The notes under the pieces are model-generated. The model was not told the origin of the DNA and searched no databases. It saw only the letters and a list, made by a program, of their open reading frames with translations. From positions 1-64,000 of the forward strand of contig RSEE01000034.1 in NCBI GenBank assembly GCA_003971905.1: DNA of 64,000 nucleotides, in the 5' to 3' direction. Both the position numbers and the translations under genes were made by a program. The DNA comes from Moniliella sp. 'wahieum' (taxonomy: Eukaryota). Shown one piece after another: positions 1 to 11,793 of the stretch (positions are counted from its first letter, which is position 1; every line of letters begins with the position of its first letter).

Positions 1-31
1 CCCTAACCTAACCTAACCCTAACCCAACCAA
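1..31 (+). repeat. Telomeric repeat tract (CCCTAA with CCTAA variants) at the contig end
   Basis: Sequence starts ccctaa-cctaa-cctaa-ccctaa-cccaacca, C-rich strand at the 5' end as expected for a left telomere. The 5-mer units may be homopolymer miscalls. Confidence 0.75.
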
Positions 32-2709
32 TGAGCAAAATGCTACCCAAGCAGGGAAGTAGGATAAGATCAAAATCGACGTCGAGAAACGCGATTACTG
101 CGAAAACTATAGAAAGGGGGCTAAGTACAGGTCCTAGTCACTAAATATAGTTTCGGGCTTTAGTTGAGGCGCAGAGGATTCAGTGACCGTATGGGGAGCA
201 GAGTGCCTATGGGCACTGCAACAGCAGCGTGTGTACTTTTCATTCTTGTGAATGGGAGCATAGCTCGTATGGACATCCAGTGCTAGCTATGACTTTACCA
301 CCTCCATCTCCAGTTAGCTGCAGAACAACGACAGAGTCAGAATTACCCTTATGGTCAAAGCGATGTCGACTAATGCATGTATATCAAGTGAAGTGCTCAC
401 TTGTTGTAGGACAGAGTAACATATATTTAAGGGTCAGAATAACGATATAACTTTGTATTTTCTGTGTGATCTAAGTTTGCAACCGCCAATCTCAGCTGGC
501 TGGGCAATCCAACTAGTATTCAACGGAGATGTCCTTTGCAACTGTTTGTCGGAGGAGATCTGCCTAGCGGTCTGCTACCGGTGAGGAGGGAGATGGTGGA
601 CTAAGGGATGAATTACTGGGGGCAGAATAAGCCTCGGGAAGATCTACTCCGGATTAAACCGAAAGCGGAATGGGCAGGGCCGTAGGTGTCGTCTCACTGT
701 TGACTTATAGTTCGGGCAGCACCGCTGATACTGCAACAACAATGAATAAATGATCAATCAAAGCCCACCTTTATCCGTCGCACATAGGTGAAGGCGACTG
801 TCGTGGTGACTATGGGCCGTTGCCTAGTGAGGCGCCCTGGAACTATGGTAAAGGAACGAGGGAATTGTGGAGAATGAAAGGTTCTCCATGACATCAACCA
901 GCCCGGGGGTTGCCGTGGCCCGGAAGATTATTATTGGCTTAACAATTTCAGTATCATCTGCTCACAATACTATGATTTGGCTTTTGCAGTCCTAGCGTGA
1001 CTCGGAGGGGGAGATCCTTGGGAAGATATTAGCAGTTGTAACGACCTGTTGTGATCCCTCTGCCTCCTCGGCGATTCAGTGCCCCCCGCAATTAGCATGT
1101 TCACCTGGAGTAAAGATATGCGCATGACGTTCTTGAAAGGAGTTACGAGCATCAACTGCACCACATGCACGATTGAGTACTTGGAACAAGTTGCGCATGC
1201 GGGAGTATTGAAGGGCATTGCTCTTACAGTCTCCTTTGTTCTAATTTTGTTCTTGATGAAAGGGGGTAAAAGTATTGCCACTGTTCCATAAACGTTGAAC
1301 AAAATACCTGATTGTTTTAATGCGGCACCTCTGAGCTGCAGCGATGACAAAAACAAGTGAAATCTGTAAACTCTCACTGCCCTAATTCAGGCTTCCTTTC
1401 ACACTTCCTTTTGGACATGTATAGTATCTCAAAACTGACGTTAATTGAACTGGTTCTCTGCAGCGTTTTCGATCTTCCGTACGATAGCCAGTCGTAGAGC
1501 ACACCATGCCTGAATTTGTATAGCCAAAGTCTGACGTATGACATTTCCAATGCTAACAGGGAATGCTGGGCATTGGGTGTTACCTGTCTGTTTCATAAAA
1601 TGGTTTCTCATTCCCACTCAGCCGTCGGAACACTCAAATAATTCTTCTCTTCTGCAGGTTTGCTGGTGCCGACCACATAGAGGAGACATAAATATATGTA
1701 TTACCTCAAGCATTTCTCCGTATCTTCCTGGTATTGATGTTTAGTCCTAGCATGATGGGGCACCATCAACCCTCTCCCCCCAAACCTCATATCATATTGT
1801 AATCAAGGCAGAAGGCCAAGAAAAGGTTGGGATCATTTCTGCGGAAAAATCATTCCGTGGTGATCGAACACCAATCAGGGTGCCCCCCTTGACTTTAGCA
1901 GGTACAACCCATGTAGATCGGAATCATGGTCGACACATCAGTGGCTTTCTTGAGCTTATTGGTAAAGGTGGGCGAGAAAGCTACAGAGCGTACCATCCAT
2001 CAAAGGGGGCGGCTTGTATGGTGGTAAGGATGCATACGGATCCATTTTGAGCTTTGAGATTTGGGCGACCGGCAAGTTGCCCCTAATCTCGCCAATATCA
2101 GAAACCTTATTTTATGAGATCCACGGGGTTCAAAGCTTTTCGGCACTTACCCTTTAGGTTTCAGGGTAAACAATAATTCCAGAGTGAGATCAATGTTTTT
2201 CCCGTGGGTTAAGGGGAGTCGGTTCAGCAGCATCTCCCTGCCTGAACCCACTGCCGCCTGTGCGATGGCACTGTAGTATTTAAGGGTGAGTCCAGCTCAT
2301 CATCCCACCTGATTTGCTGTCCAGGCACCCCGCAGTTCTGCGATAGATATGTGCCTAATTACGCCCGTTCGTTCCACCCTGGAAGAATTATTTGACATCC
2401 ATGGCCTATCAGAAAACTCAACTGGGTCGAAGGGGAAGCACGGAACCGGCTTACGCATGCTAAAACTTTACCTCCACGTTATCCTTTTGCAGGTGGATAA
2501 CTGGGTGGACCACGGGGACAATGCTTTCAAAGAATTAGAATGGGAGCATTCCACTTTTGAGAAGATCTGTCCGATCCTGGGTGTTGTCGACTAGGTTGAG
2601 GACATCAAGAGGGCTGACCCTTAGTTTGAGACCAGGTGGGGTATTTGGCAGTAGCCCATCTTCCTAAATACTGTGATGCGAGAGTGGCCACTGTTGAGCC
2701 CTCATCGGA

Positions 2710-3597
2710 GTGACTTACGCCCCCCTTACAGTTCAGCCATCACATCTTCGGAATCTGTGGTGTGCTTTAATCCCTGGTCCCTCCCCATATCAGGATCTCC
2801 CGGAGCCGGAGCCCGTGGTGGATACTGCTTTCGAAGGTGACGAACTGTCCCTGAAGAACCACCTGGTGGTACCAGTGTGGGATCAACAGCGATTCCGACA
2901 TCGACTCCGACGGCGGAGAGGGAAAAAAGGGGTACGAACCGAGAGTTACGTTGTAGTCCCTCCCTCCCTGGTTCCCGTGTTGGTTCGTGAAATGATTATG
3001 CGGGGTCAATTGAACCAGCAGACGACGACGATGAACAACGAAGAAGTTGCTCTGGATCTTGACGCTGACACCTTGTTCCCCCGCACAATGGACGCGGACG
3101 AAGAGAGCTCCGTTAATCAGGACGAATTTACTGGCATTCCCCCTCTGATCTGGCCCTTTGGCCGGAGAATTGGATCCATATTTCATCGATCCCCTCGTTA
3201 CAAGGGCAACATTGATCACTCAGCGAGGAAAGCCTATGCGAGAGCAAGACTCTTCGGGTTATCTTTTTTGTCAAACAATGCGAAGCAGGAATCGTTGGCC
3301 AGGGGCTTTGCCATATGTCGAACCCACGCCAGCATTTCGAACGCTTACTACTGGAGCACAAACAGGTCAGGACCATCAGCTCTCGCCGCACACCCCAGGA
3401 TTACTTTGAACTATACTGACACTTTCTCTTTCCATGGACTGATCGCCACTGACAGAAATGGTACAAATGACTCGCGGTATGGGTTCGTCTGCATCCCGAG
3501 AGCAGGATCGGCAACAATTAAGGATTTAGGCTTATTGGTTTTCCGTCCGCAAACGGCTTCAATGTTCCCCGCGAGGTCTGGAAGAGTTCACTTTTGA
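2710..3597 (+). CDS. Hypothetical subtelomeric ORF (295 aa), no recognised domain
   Basis: Longest ORF in the lower-GC subtelomere. No motif recognised; may be non-coding or a relic. Confidence 0.25.
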   Translation: MTYAPLTVQPSHLRNLWCALIPGPSPYQDLPEPEPVVDTAFEGDELSLKNHLVVPVWDQQRFRHRLRRRRGKKGVRTESYVVVPPSLVPVLVREMIMRGQLNQQTTTMNNEEVALDLDADTLFPRTMDADEESSVNQDEFTGIPPLIWPFGRRIGSIFHRSPRYKGNIDHSARKAYARARLFGLSFLSNNAKQESLARGFAICRTHASISNAYYWSTNRSGPSALAAHPRITLNYTDTFSFHGLIATDRNGTNDSRYGFVCIPRAGSATIKDLGLLVFRPQTASMFPARSGRVHF

Positions 3598-3752
3598 CCC
3601 GGGACAACTCCTGGCCCATATCGGTCGTGTGACAAAAAGTTTGTCCAAGTTCTGTTGACGGTGTCCCTGAAGCCGACTTGGTCGACCATGCGTCGTCGCA
3701 TATTCGATTTGGTGGTACGTTTTTATGCTTACACTGGTCATGAGCTTGCTAC

Positions 3753-3766
3753 CCCTAACCTAACCC
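3753..3766 (+). repeat. Interstitial telomere-like motif
   Basis: ccctaacctaaccc, same orientation and same 6/5-mer mix as the terminal tract. Confidence 0.45.
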
Positions 3767-5760
3767 ATTGCTTTGGAGAAGAAGGTGGCCACAGGAGAGA
3801 TGGTGGATGTGTAGTCCTGGGTGCGGAAGGGGCATCAAGTTTGAAGAGCAACATTTAAGGCCGCGATGGCGAAAGTTGATGTGGCCGCAGGCCAGAATGG
3901 ACACTCTAACCCAACCAAAAAATGCATTTGATCGAACTTAGGATTAAACAGGTGCGAATTTCTTGGATATATACCCTTGACGCAAACACGAGGTTAAGCT
4001 ACGTACTTCTATTATAGCGAGATTTGGATACTGGCCAAACGCACTACAGCCCTTATGGCCGTGCTTTTTGGTTTTATCCTATACCAACCCCGCAGCCGTG
4101 TAAGGTGGACACAATGGAGCTTGAGGAAGGTGGCCAATGGATGGTAGGCGAAACCCATGAGCAATTGCTTACAGACAGAGGTAAAAATGAGAGCTTATAG
4201 TAGAGAGAGAATGTCGGGTTAGCCCCAAGGAACTGTGGGGAGCAGTCGCCACGGAAAACATTTTCAAGCAGGGAACAATGCAAAATGGAGACCAGCTGTG
4301 CGCCCGTCCCCGGGACCAAACGTGGGGAAGAACAAAAAATATGACCAAAGGAGGGACTATCATCGCTACGAATGCTTAGGGTCGATGCCACTATAGGGAC
4401 CCGGTATGCAACCCAAGTCCCTGAATCATTGGGTTGGGGTTGGGAGCGAGTTCTGAGGCGAGTTATGAGGCGCGCATGAACAAAGCCCGGGCCTTACATC
4501 TGATAGGATCTCCAAAGACCAGTAACATCACACTCCCCTTCGCATGTGGCTTGCTCTCACGCCTTACTGGACGTCATCTCATCTCGACTCCATGGGGTGT
4601 GTAGGAAACACAACATCCCCGTTGGGTCGGCTGACCCACATGGAAACAGGGACCTACGGCGGGCGTACACGAGCCAAAATCCTCTCGCGCGCTTGGGAGC
4701 TGATCTTATCGGGATGAGAAAAGCGAAGAAAGCGCGTATAGGCTTAATCAGGGTTGCCGGCCCGTAATATTCATCCCTGACATCACAAGTATCTATTTTA
4801 TAGCAAGGCGTGTCCTCACGCTTAAGGAAACGGCTTTCCTTCATACCAACCAGAAGAGGTGAAGAGTAAAACGCATCACGTGGGCCAACGTAATCGCGCA
4901 CCGCGTGGCTGCTTCGGGGGATAGGATAGAACAAAACATTGATGGGAGCGCGGAACTGAACCGTGCGGGAAGTCTAAGCTCGGACCATCAAAGCCACATG
5001 CATCCCAATTGTACAGAATAGAGGAAGGGAAAACAGAAAACGGGCAATGTAAACAACAGAGAGGGAAAAATGTTCCTATGTCATGAGTATGGAATTAGGA
5101 CAACATCGTTGATGGATTGCTCAAAAACGCACACAGAGCGCGCGTATAGACAAAATGGTTTGCTTATAACGACTCAGAAAGCGCTGGAGAAATACATGGA
5201 TCGGAAGGCAGGAGTGAACCGAACCCCCCCCCCCCCCCTGAACCAGGGAAAACCCACATGTAGAAGCACCGTTCACAGTGTGTATTGTATCTATGCCGAA
5301 TCCGGAATGAGGGGGATGTGGAAGAAGATCATCTTGATCACCATCCCGCTCGATTGGTAGGGGGTACAAGCATGCACGACTGAATTCCCGTCCCCTCTTT
5401 GGCCTTGGTTTCACGGGTATCATTCTGGGCAGAGGATTTGTGCATTACTTGGCTGGCGCGCCTAAAAACGTAGATAGAGGCTAGCCAACCCCTCTTACTG
5501 AAGCTATATACTCATGCACCTCTCCCCCTTAACCTCAAAGCCATGTCAAGCGTCTTCCTGATCATGTGCCCGTTCTTAGTAAGTAGAGACCAAAACGGCG
5601 CAGCGGCCTGACCTCCTAGCATCCATGTACAAAGAAACGTCCCTCCACGGTGACGAGAGGATTAGGGATCCGACCACGCGCATGGCTAATAACTTCGCTC
5701 CCATGCCTCGCCCCATACAGCCCACAACGGCATAAATTTCCTGGACGCCCCCGTGTATCA

Positions 5761-5838
5761 ACCCGTTTGCCTGGGAGAGGAGAAATCATTTACCCGAGAG
5801 GAGAAACCATTTGCCCGAGAGGAGAACCCATTTGCCCG
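5761..5838 (+). repeat. 21-bp minisatellite, about 3.5 copies
   Basis: gagaggagaaatcatttaccc / gagaggagaaaccatttgccc / gagaggagaacccatttgccc. Confidence 0.8.
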
Positions 5839-7063
5839 CCGATGGGCTAATGAAAAATGATCCTGTGGGGAGATGGCACTCGTTTATGAAATGTCCTCCA
5901 CCCCGGCCTATGTGCGCCAGCGGAGGATGTCCCATCGCCAGAACAGCCCAAGCGTCCCATTACTCGAACTGATTAGGTCAGTTCAAAGCCGGGGATTGAA
6001 GTACACTGGAGCAATTCCCTTCCGGCAATACGTGCATCAATATGCGGATGAAGTGGTAACCCGTGAATTCCGGATAAACCGTAAGGGGAAACGCAGCGTC
6101 TAACGGATAAGCAGTGCTTACACGCCCAAAAAAAAGACGAAAATAAAGGCAAAGTGCGAACATCCTTCTCCCCTTCCGTTTCCATTCCGTCTACCGCGTC
6201 CGCGTCACTCCCCATTATTCCCGACCATAGTGCATCTCGGGCTTGCGCACTGGATCCGTGATTGCGCCACAAGTAAACGCATCGGTCATCTGCATATCTA
6301 TATGCTCTGACGAAACGAAAAGTCTGTCTTGTAGTCAAAAGTGGGCCGAATTATTTTCCAGTTTCGGGGAGAAGTGTACGCTTCCTCTCCCCCCCGCCCT
6401 TTTTTAGTATGGATTTCCAACGTCTTCAACTTCTCAGCTTCTTGCCCGAAACACTCGAGAAGGAACCCGTGTTGGAGGGTAGTGCTAGGGTCCCCCGCAC
6501 GGCCCTCGGATCAGTTGATCGGTAACGCTCGCCTAGCCGGGCGGAAGAGTTCCGTTCCCAGGTTGAGCACTCCCTGCACGCTCCATATCCCGGCCCTCTA
6601 TCATGTCTGCTTACCTTCGCACGTTGCTGGGATACTTGTGGCTCACCACTTTCCCTTCATGCTTTGTCTGAAGGGTTTTGCAGTTGATCCATAGGATCGC
6701 GAGTGCTCCCAATAAGTCGCATCCAAGCAATCAGGGATCGATAGTCGCTAGTCGATAATCGTTGACCGTTGAGAGAATGTAGACTTGACAGGCTCATCTG
6801 ATCGACCTGAGGGCCTGAAGCCTGATCCATCTCCTTCAGTTCATACCCTTTGTCTTGCCCTCGGATGGCGCCTGCGTGACGCATGGTGCATGATGCATAC
6901 GATGGCATCAGTACTCAGTGAGTGTTGAGTACTCAGTAGTACTCAGTGGAGGCGGGGAGGAAGAAACAGGCGTAGGAAAGTTGCAGACATCGGAGAGGGG
7001 TTTTGAGCCTTATTTGCTTGAAGACCGGCTTTAACGTTTAACATTAATATATACTAACTCCCG

Positions 7064-10000
7064 GTGACCACCACCTCGGCACCGGCCATGGTGTTGCGCA
7101 CCGTACGGCGGATCCCCCGAGGAGGTCTGGCGCCCGAGACGCCCCCCTCCCCGGGAGCCCCGCCCCCCGCTCCCGCTCCGTCTCCCACACCCGCCCTTTC
7201 CCCTACGCCCGCCCCTCTGGCCCCAGAGCACCAAGTGCCGGTCGATGAGACATTCACTCAACCTGAGCAGATGCCTGACCACGTGACCGGCGCCGGCTCG
7301 CTGCCACCCGGGGTCCTGGCACGTGACACGCCCGCCACGCCCGCCGCCGCCCCCACCCCATCCCCACCACCCCCGTCCCCGTTCCCACCACCACCGACTT
7401 GCCCCCTGTGCGCACGTACAAATGCGGTCGCTGCGGAGTCCCTGGCCACAACAGACTCCGCTGTCCCCGCAACTCCGAAGCCAGGGACCCGGTGCCCGAA
7501 GTACTGGGTCAAGGCACGCCCCTCCTCCCCAACCCCCAACCCGCCACCCCCCGGCGCCGCAGCCCCCGGCTGGCCTCCGAGCAGCCAACCAATGGCAACG
7601 GTGCCGAGGCCCCACGCCCCACTACCCCACGCCCGCGCCGCACCCCCGCGCAGACAGCCCTCCCCGCCCCCGCCACCCTCACCCCTCAACCCCCCCGCGC
7701 CCCCGCGCACACCGCCCCTGCCGCCGCCGCGGTCCCCCCACCACCACCACCACCAGACGGCCGCGCAACCCCTCGACCGACACGGGGGCCGACCTCCTCC
7801 CCCGTTTGACCGCCCTTGCCGAACGCCCAGGCACACGCAAGATACCGCCACACTGAAGCGCCCTTTCCTCAAGATGCTCGAACGCCTGGCAGATGCTTAC
7901 TTGCAGGAGCCCTCGTCAGCACACCTGATGGATATTCTAGCGGTGCCGAAGGAAGTACTCCGCCACCACAACAAGGACAATGACCTCATCGGGACGTATC
8001 CCAACAAGGCCTGGCAACTCCCTCCGCCCCCGACTTCTCAACGCGCGAAGCTCCGACCCAGTCACCAAAGCCAATCGCCTCATTCGGGAGGGCTGCCTCA
8101 GCCGCGCAGCAAGTACCCTCGTCGGCCAATCCACCATTGCCCCTCTCACCCCGAGACCCAGGCAAGCCTGGAAAAGCTCCACCCCGTTGGAGAGGCGAAC
8201 CCCTTCAACCTCGGTCCGGGCACAGCCTTCGGCAACGCCTCCAGCCGCACTCGTCCTACCCACACAGGCCGCGAGGTACCGCCGGGCACCACCCTCACCG
8301 ACACGACGGACAGTAACCGCATCGTGGTGGACTTGGACGAAATCGACTTTGTTGCTCTGATTGCCACGTTCAGAATCGACGTTGGGGCAGGTCTATCCGG
8401 GTGGACCCAGCCCCTCCTGAAAACGGCCCTTGGATGCGAACGCTTCGTCACCTTTCTCACCGCCCTCACCAAGAGTATTTACCACGGCACTGCCCCTGGA
8501 CGCGAGCTCCTGTTGGCCTCCCGCCTTACCCCCTGGAGAAGGCATCGGGAGGTATCCGCCCCATCGCCTGTGGGGAGCTGATCTACCGCCTGTGCGCCAA
8601 GGCCATCGCTCGAGCGATCAAACCCAACAGCTGGCTTCTCCCCACCCAGTGGGAGTAGCATCGCAAAACGGGGTGGAGCCTATCGTGCGGATGGTCGAGC
8701 GCATGACAGCGCCAGGCGGGGAGAACGATGCGGAAATGGGCGACTTCAGCCACGTCGCCATGCTCGACTTTACCAACGCGTTCAACACTGTGCGCCGTCG
8801 CACACTCGCCAAGGCGCTCCATGCCTACGCCCCCCACCTCCTCACCTTGGGCCGGTGGATCTATGGTTCCCCCACCAGCTTTGGGTTGCGTCGGGCGGAA
8901 ATGAGACCAGCGTCTGTCGGCAGAGGGCGTGCGGCAGGGCGACCCCCTCGCCCCCTTTTCTTCTCCATCGCAGTGCGGCCCACGCTAGAGAAGTTGAGCA
9001 TTGCTCTGCCGCCGGGGCACCTGGTGATGGCATACCTGGACGACATTACCATTTTCGGTCCAGAGCCAGGCATTACCGGCCAAGCTGCGGAGATTTTGGA
9101 AGACGACGCGTCAGGCCTCAAGCTCAACCTGCGCAAGTGCGTCGAGCGGGACCGGGACCAGATCCGGGAGGATGGTCTGCAGGTTCTGGGCACTTGTGTG
9201 GGAGGGGTAGACTGTCGTCGATCGTGGCTCCGGGCCCAACTGGCCAGTCTGAGGGAGAACATGCCTAAGTTTGATGGCATCACCCGCCAGGGACGCCTCT
9301 TACTATGGCGGCTCAGCACTCAGACCAAGCTGCGCCACCTGCTCCGCACCATGCAGATGGAAGGAGAGCTAGACGAAGTGCTGGCCGAGATCGATGCCTT
9401 CATCTGTACGGAGTTCAGACGGATCCGGGGCGACGAGGATCCCCAAGGTGCCAAGGACGACCACTTCGACATGCTCATGAGCCTGCCTCTCCGGCTAGGA
9501 GGATGCGGCAGCCCGCTTTACTCGTATATCGCGCCCCACGCCCGTGCCGCGGCCAACGAGGTCAACGACTATCTTATTACCACTTATGTTGACCGTTCGG
9601 GACCGCAAACGGCAGAGGCCAACGCATTTACGAAGCAACGCCAGCGCTGCCGCGAGATGTGGGAGAAAAGTCGACAGGAGCTGCTCCAGAAGCTGGACGC
9701 TGCGATGGTCGTCCGTGGTTGAGCACAGCAACCCGCTGAGCCACAACTGGCTCTCCGCCATTCCGTCCGTCCCATACCTCAGGCTCTCCGACCAGCAGGT
9801 CCAGGTTGGTCTCCAGCTCCGCACGCTGTGCCGCACCACGCGCAGCATGTGCAAGTGCGGTGTCATGTCCTCGCTGGAGCACATCATGTATTGCACTCGC
9901 TCCCAGGCCAAGTTTGGAGCGTTGCATGACGCAGTGCGGGAGCCCATTCTCCAGCTCCTACGCTCCATTCCCGACACCCATGTCCACAACGAACCAATGG

Positions 10001-10600
10001 TGGAGGACGAGGATGGCCGGAGACAGAGGACACAGCGCACTGACTACCGCGTGATGGGACCCGGAGCACTGGGAGGATCAGGAATGGAGGTCGACCACAC
10101 GCTGCGCGACACGGGATCACTGGCAGCGCAGAGCGCGTTCCGGAGGGTGGTGCACGCGAGCACCGCAACCCCTTGGAACGCCGGGAGAAGGAGCTGCTTC
10201 GGATGCTTGAACAAGCAGAATGCGAGAAGAACGCCAAGTACCAGGGACGCACTCAAGAGACGTTTTCCCCTGGTTTTGACGACGCGAGGATACTACGGCA
10301 CCAAGACGGCGAGCAAGTTGTTTGCGCATTGGAAGGAGTTGGCTACTAAGTCTCAGTGGAAATGGTTCCTCGCTCGGATGTCAACCACGTTCCTCCGTGT
10401 CCATACGCGCTTCCTAGGGTACGGGACCGGATGGCATGAGCCGGAGGGTCCTGATATCCTGGCGATCCCCTGGTTCCTTGACCCTGGTGGCGCCCCTAAG
10501 TAACCCCGCAAGATGAACGGTTAGGTTTAGACGTAGCGTTCCCCCTGTCCCAGCCTTCTTAAGTCTGCCAATGAAATGGAAGTTACTAATTGGCCCACAC
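7064..10600 (+). mobile_element. CRE-clade non-LTR retrotransposon (Cnl1/MoTeR/SLACS-like); RT plus restriction-like endonuclease, single ORF broken by frameshifts
   Basis: Motifs across overlapping ORFs: N-terminal CCHC knuckle CGRCGVPGHNRLRC; RT motifs GGIRPIACGELIYRL, LDFTNAFN, AYLDD, GLKLNLRKC and LPLRLGGCG; C-terminal CKC-x7-HIMYC finger, LHDAV, RTD, EVD and FPLVLTTRG typical of RLE endonucleases. ORF stop at 10503; element ends are approximate. Confidence 0.9.
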
Positions 10601-11633
10601 TGTGCGTTGTGTAAAACACAATACGGGCTATAAGCGAACGGGGCAGGGCACAACAAGGCAGATCGTGCGGGGATAGCAGCAGAATTGTTACATGATGCAT
10701 GATATACAGTACCATATATATGACGTCACGCGTCAACCGTACCCGCTCTTCAGCTTCATAGCTGCATCAGAGATCTCAGAAGAGCCCATCATCTACACCA
10801 GCCATAGTGGTGCATCAACTCTTCTCAGAGCTCAGCATCAGCTTAGCGAGCTCAGGCGCTCGGCCTGGGCCTCAGGCATACTCAGGCTGCGCGTTCGCTG
10901 AGCTATAGCGATGAGCGATGAGCCGATGAGTACCGAGTACTGCGTATGCTTTACTGTTCATGAAACCGATGGGCGCCATGCTCGGTCCATATTCAATGGC
11001 GAGACAAAAGATTGCTTTCGTAAATGAAGTCAATGAAGAAGCGAAGATTGGATTCTGAGAGATCTCATATCTCAGAGATCTCATTAATCAATTGGGAATT
11101 TCTCGGCAACTTACTCTTGTCTCTCTCAACAGGCATTCGTTTTCAAAAATCGGGAACCGGTACACGTTCGTGTAAAACGTCAAACGTTAATCGTTCCATG
11201 GTGGATGGTCGATGGTCGATGGAGCTTGGAGGGAGGGGAACAGGTCACATGGTCACCCGGTCATAGGCTCATAGGCTCACATGCCGCATGTCACATGTGC
11301 TCCATGGCATGACTGACACGTGTTCTCGGTCAGGTCAGGCCTAAGCCTGAGCCTCAGGCTCTCGGACCGCTGAGGCTCAGCGCTCATACCGGTCATGGCC
11401 GGTCATGGCATCATTGCATCATACACCATGCATCATTCCATTTGGTTTGATCGATGTCAAGGATATTGATTACAGTCGATCGATGACACGTTTATACAAG
11501 GAGTACTAGTAAATTGTGGTCTGAGATCTGCGTTCATCGATAATCGACATGGATCATCGATCACGCCCTGAGGTCTGATAATGCATGTCGATAATGATTG
11601 TGGCCTGTGGCAAAGGAAGGGTTTAACGATGCT

Positions 11634-11793
11634 TGTCGGCCTCGCTACTACCACAGAATGTGAGCACTGAACGTCGTATTGGACTAAGAAGCTTCTGCGA
11701 CTGACTCGTCCAGAAGACTGGTGCGAGCTCGGAAGGAATGAAAGCTGACTCACGTGACTCAGGGTCCGCGCGGTCCTAGGACGGATGTCAACA
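11634..11793 (-). repeat. 3' LTR of the copia element (160 bp)
   Basis: Direct repeat of 16533-16691; identical by eye apart from a 1-nt indel near one end. Confidence 0.95.

Noticed and set aside
5761..5838. CRISPR-like array
   Set aside because: Head-to-tail 21-bp units without unique spacers, in a eukaryotic context.
10440..10530. Hammerhead or HDV ribozyme in the repeated CRE 3' segment
   Set aside because: CTGAT is followed by AT/AC/CT rather than GA, and no properly placed GAAA core or HDV nested pseudoknot could be built by eye.
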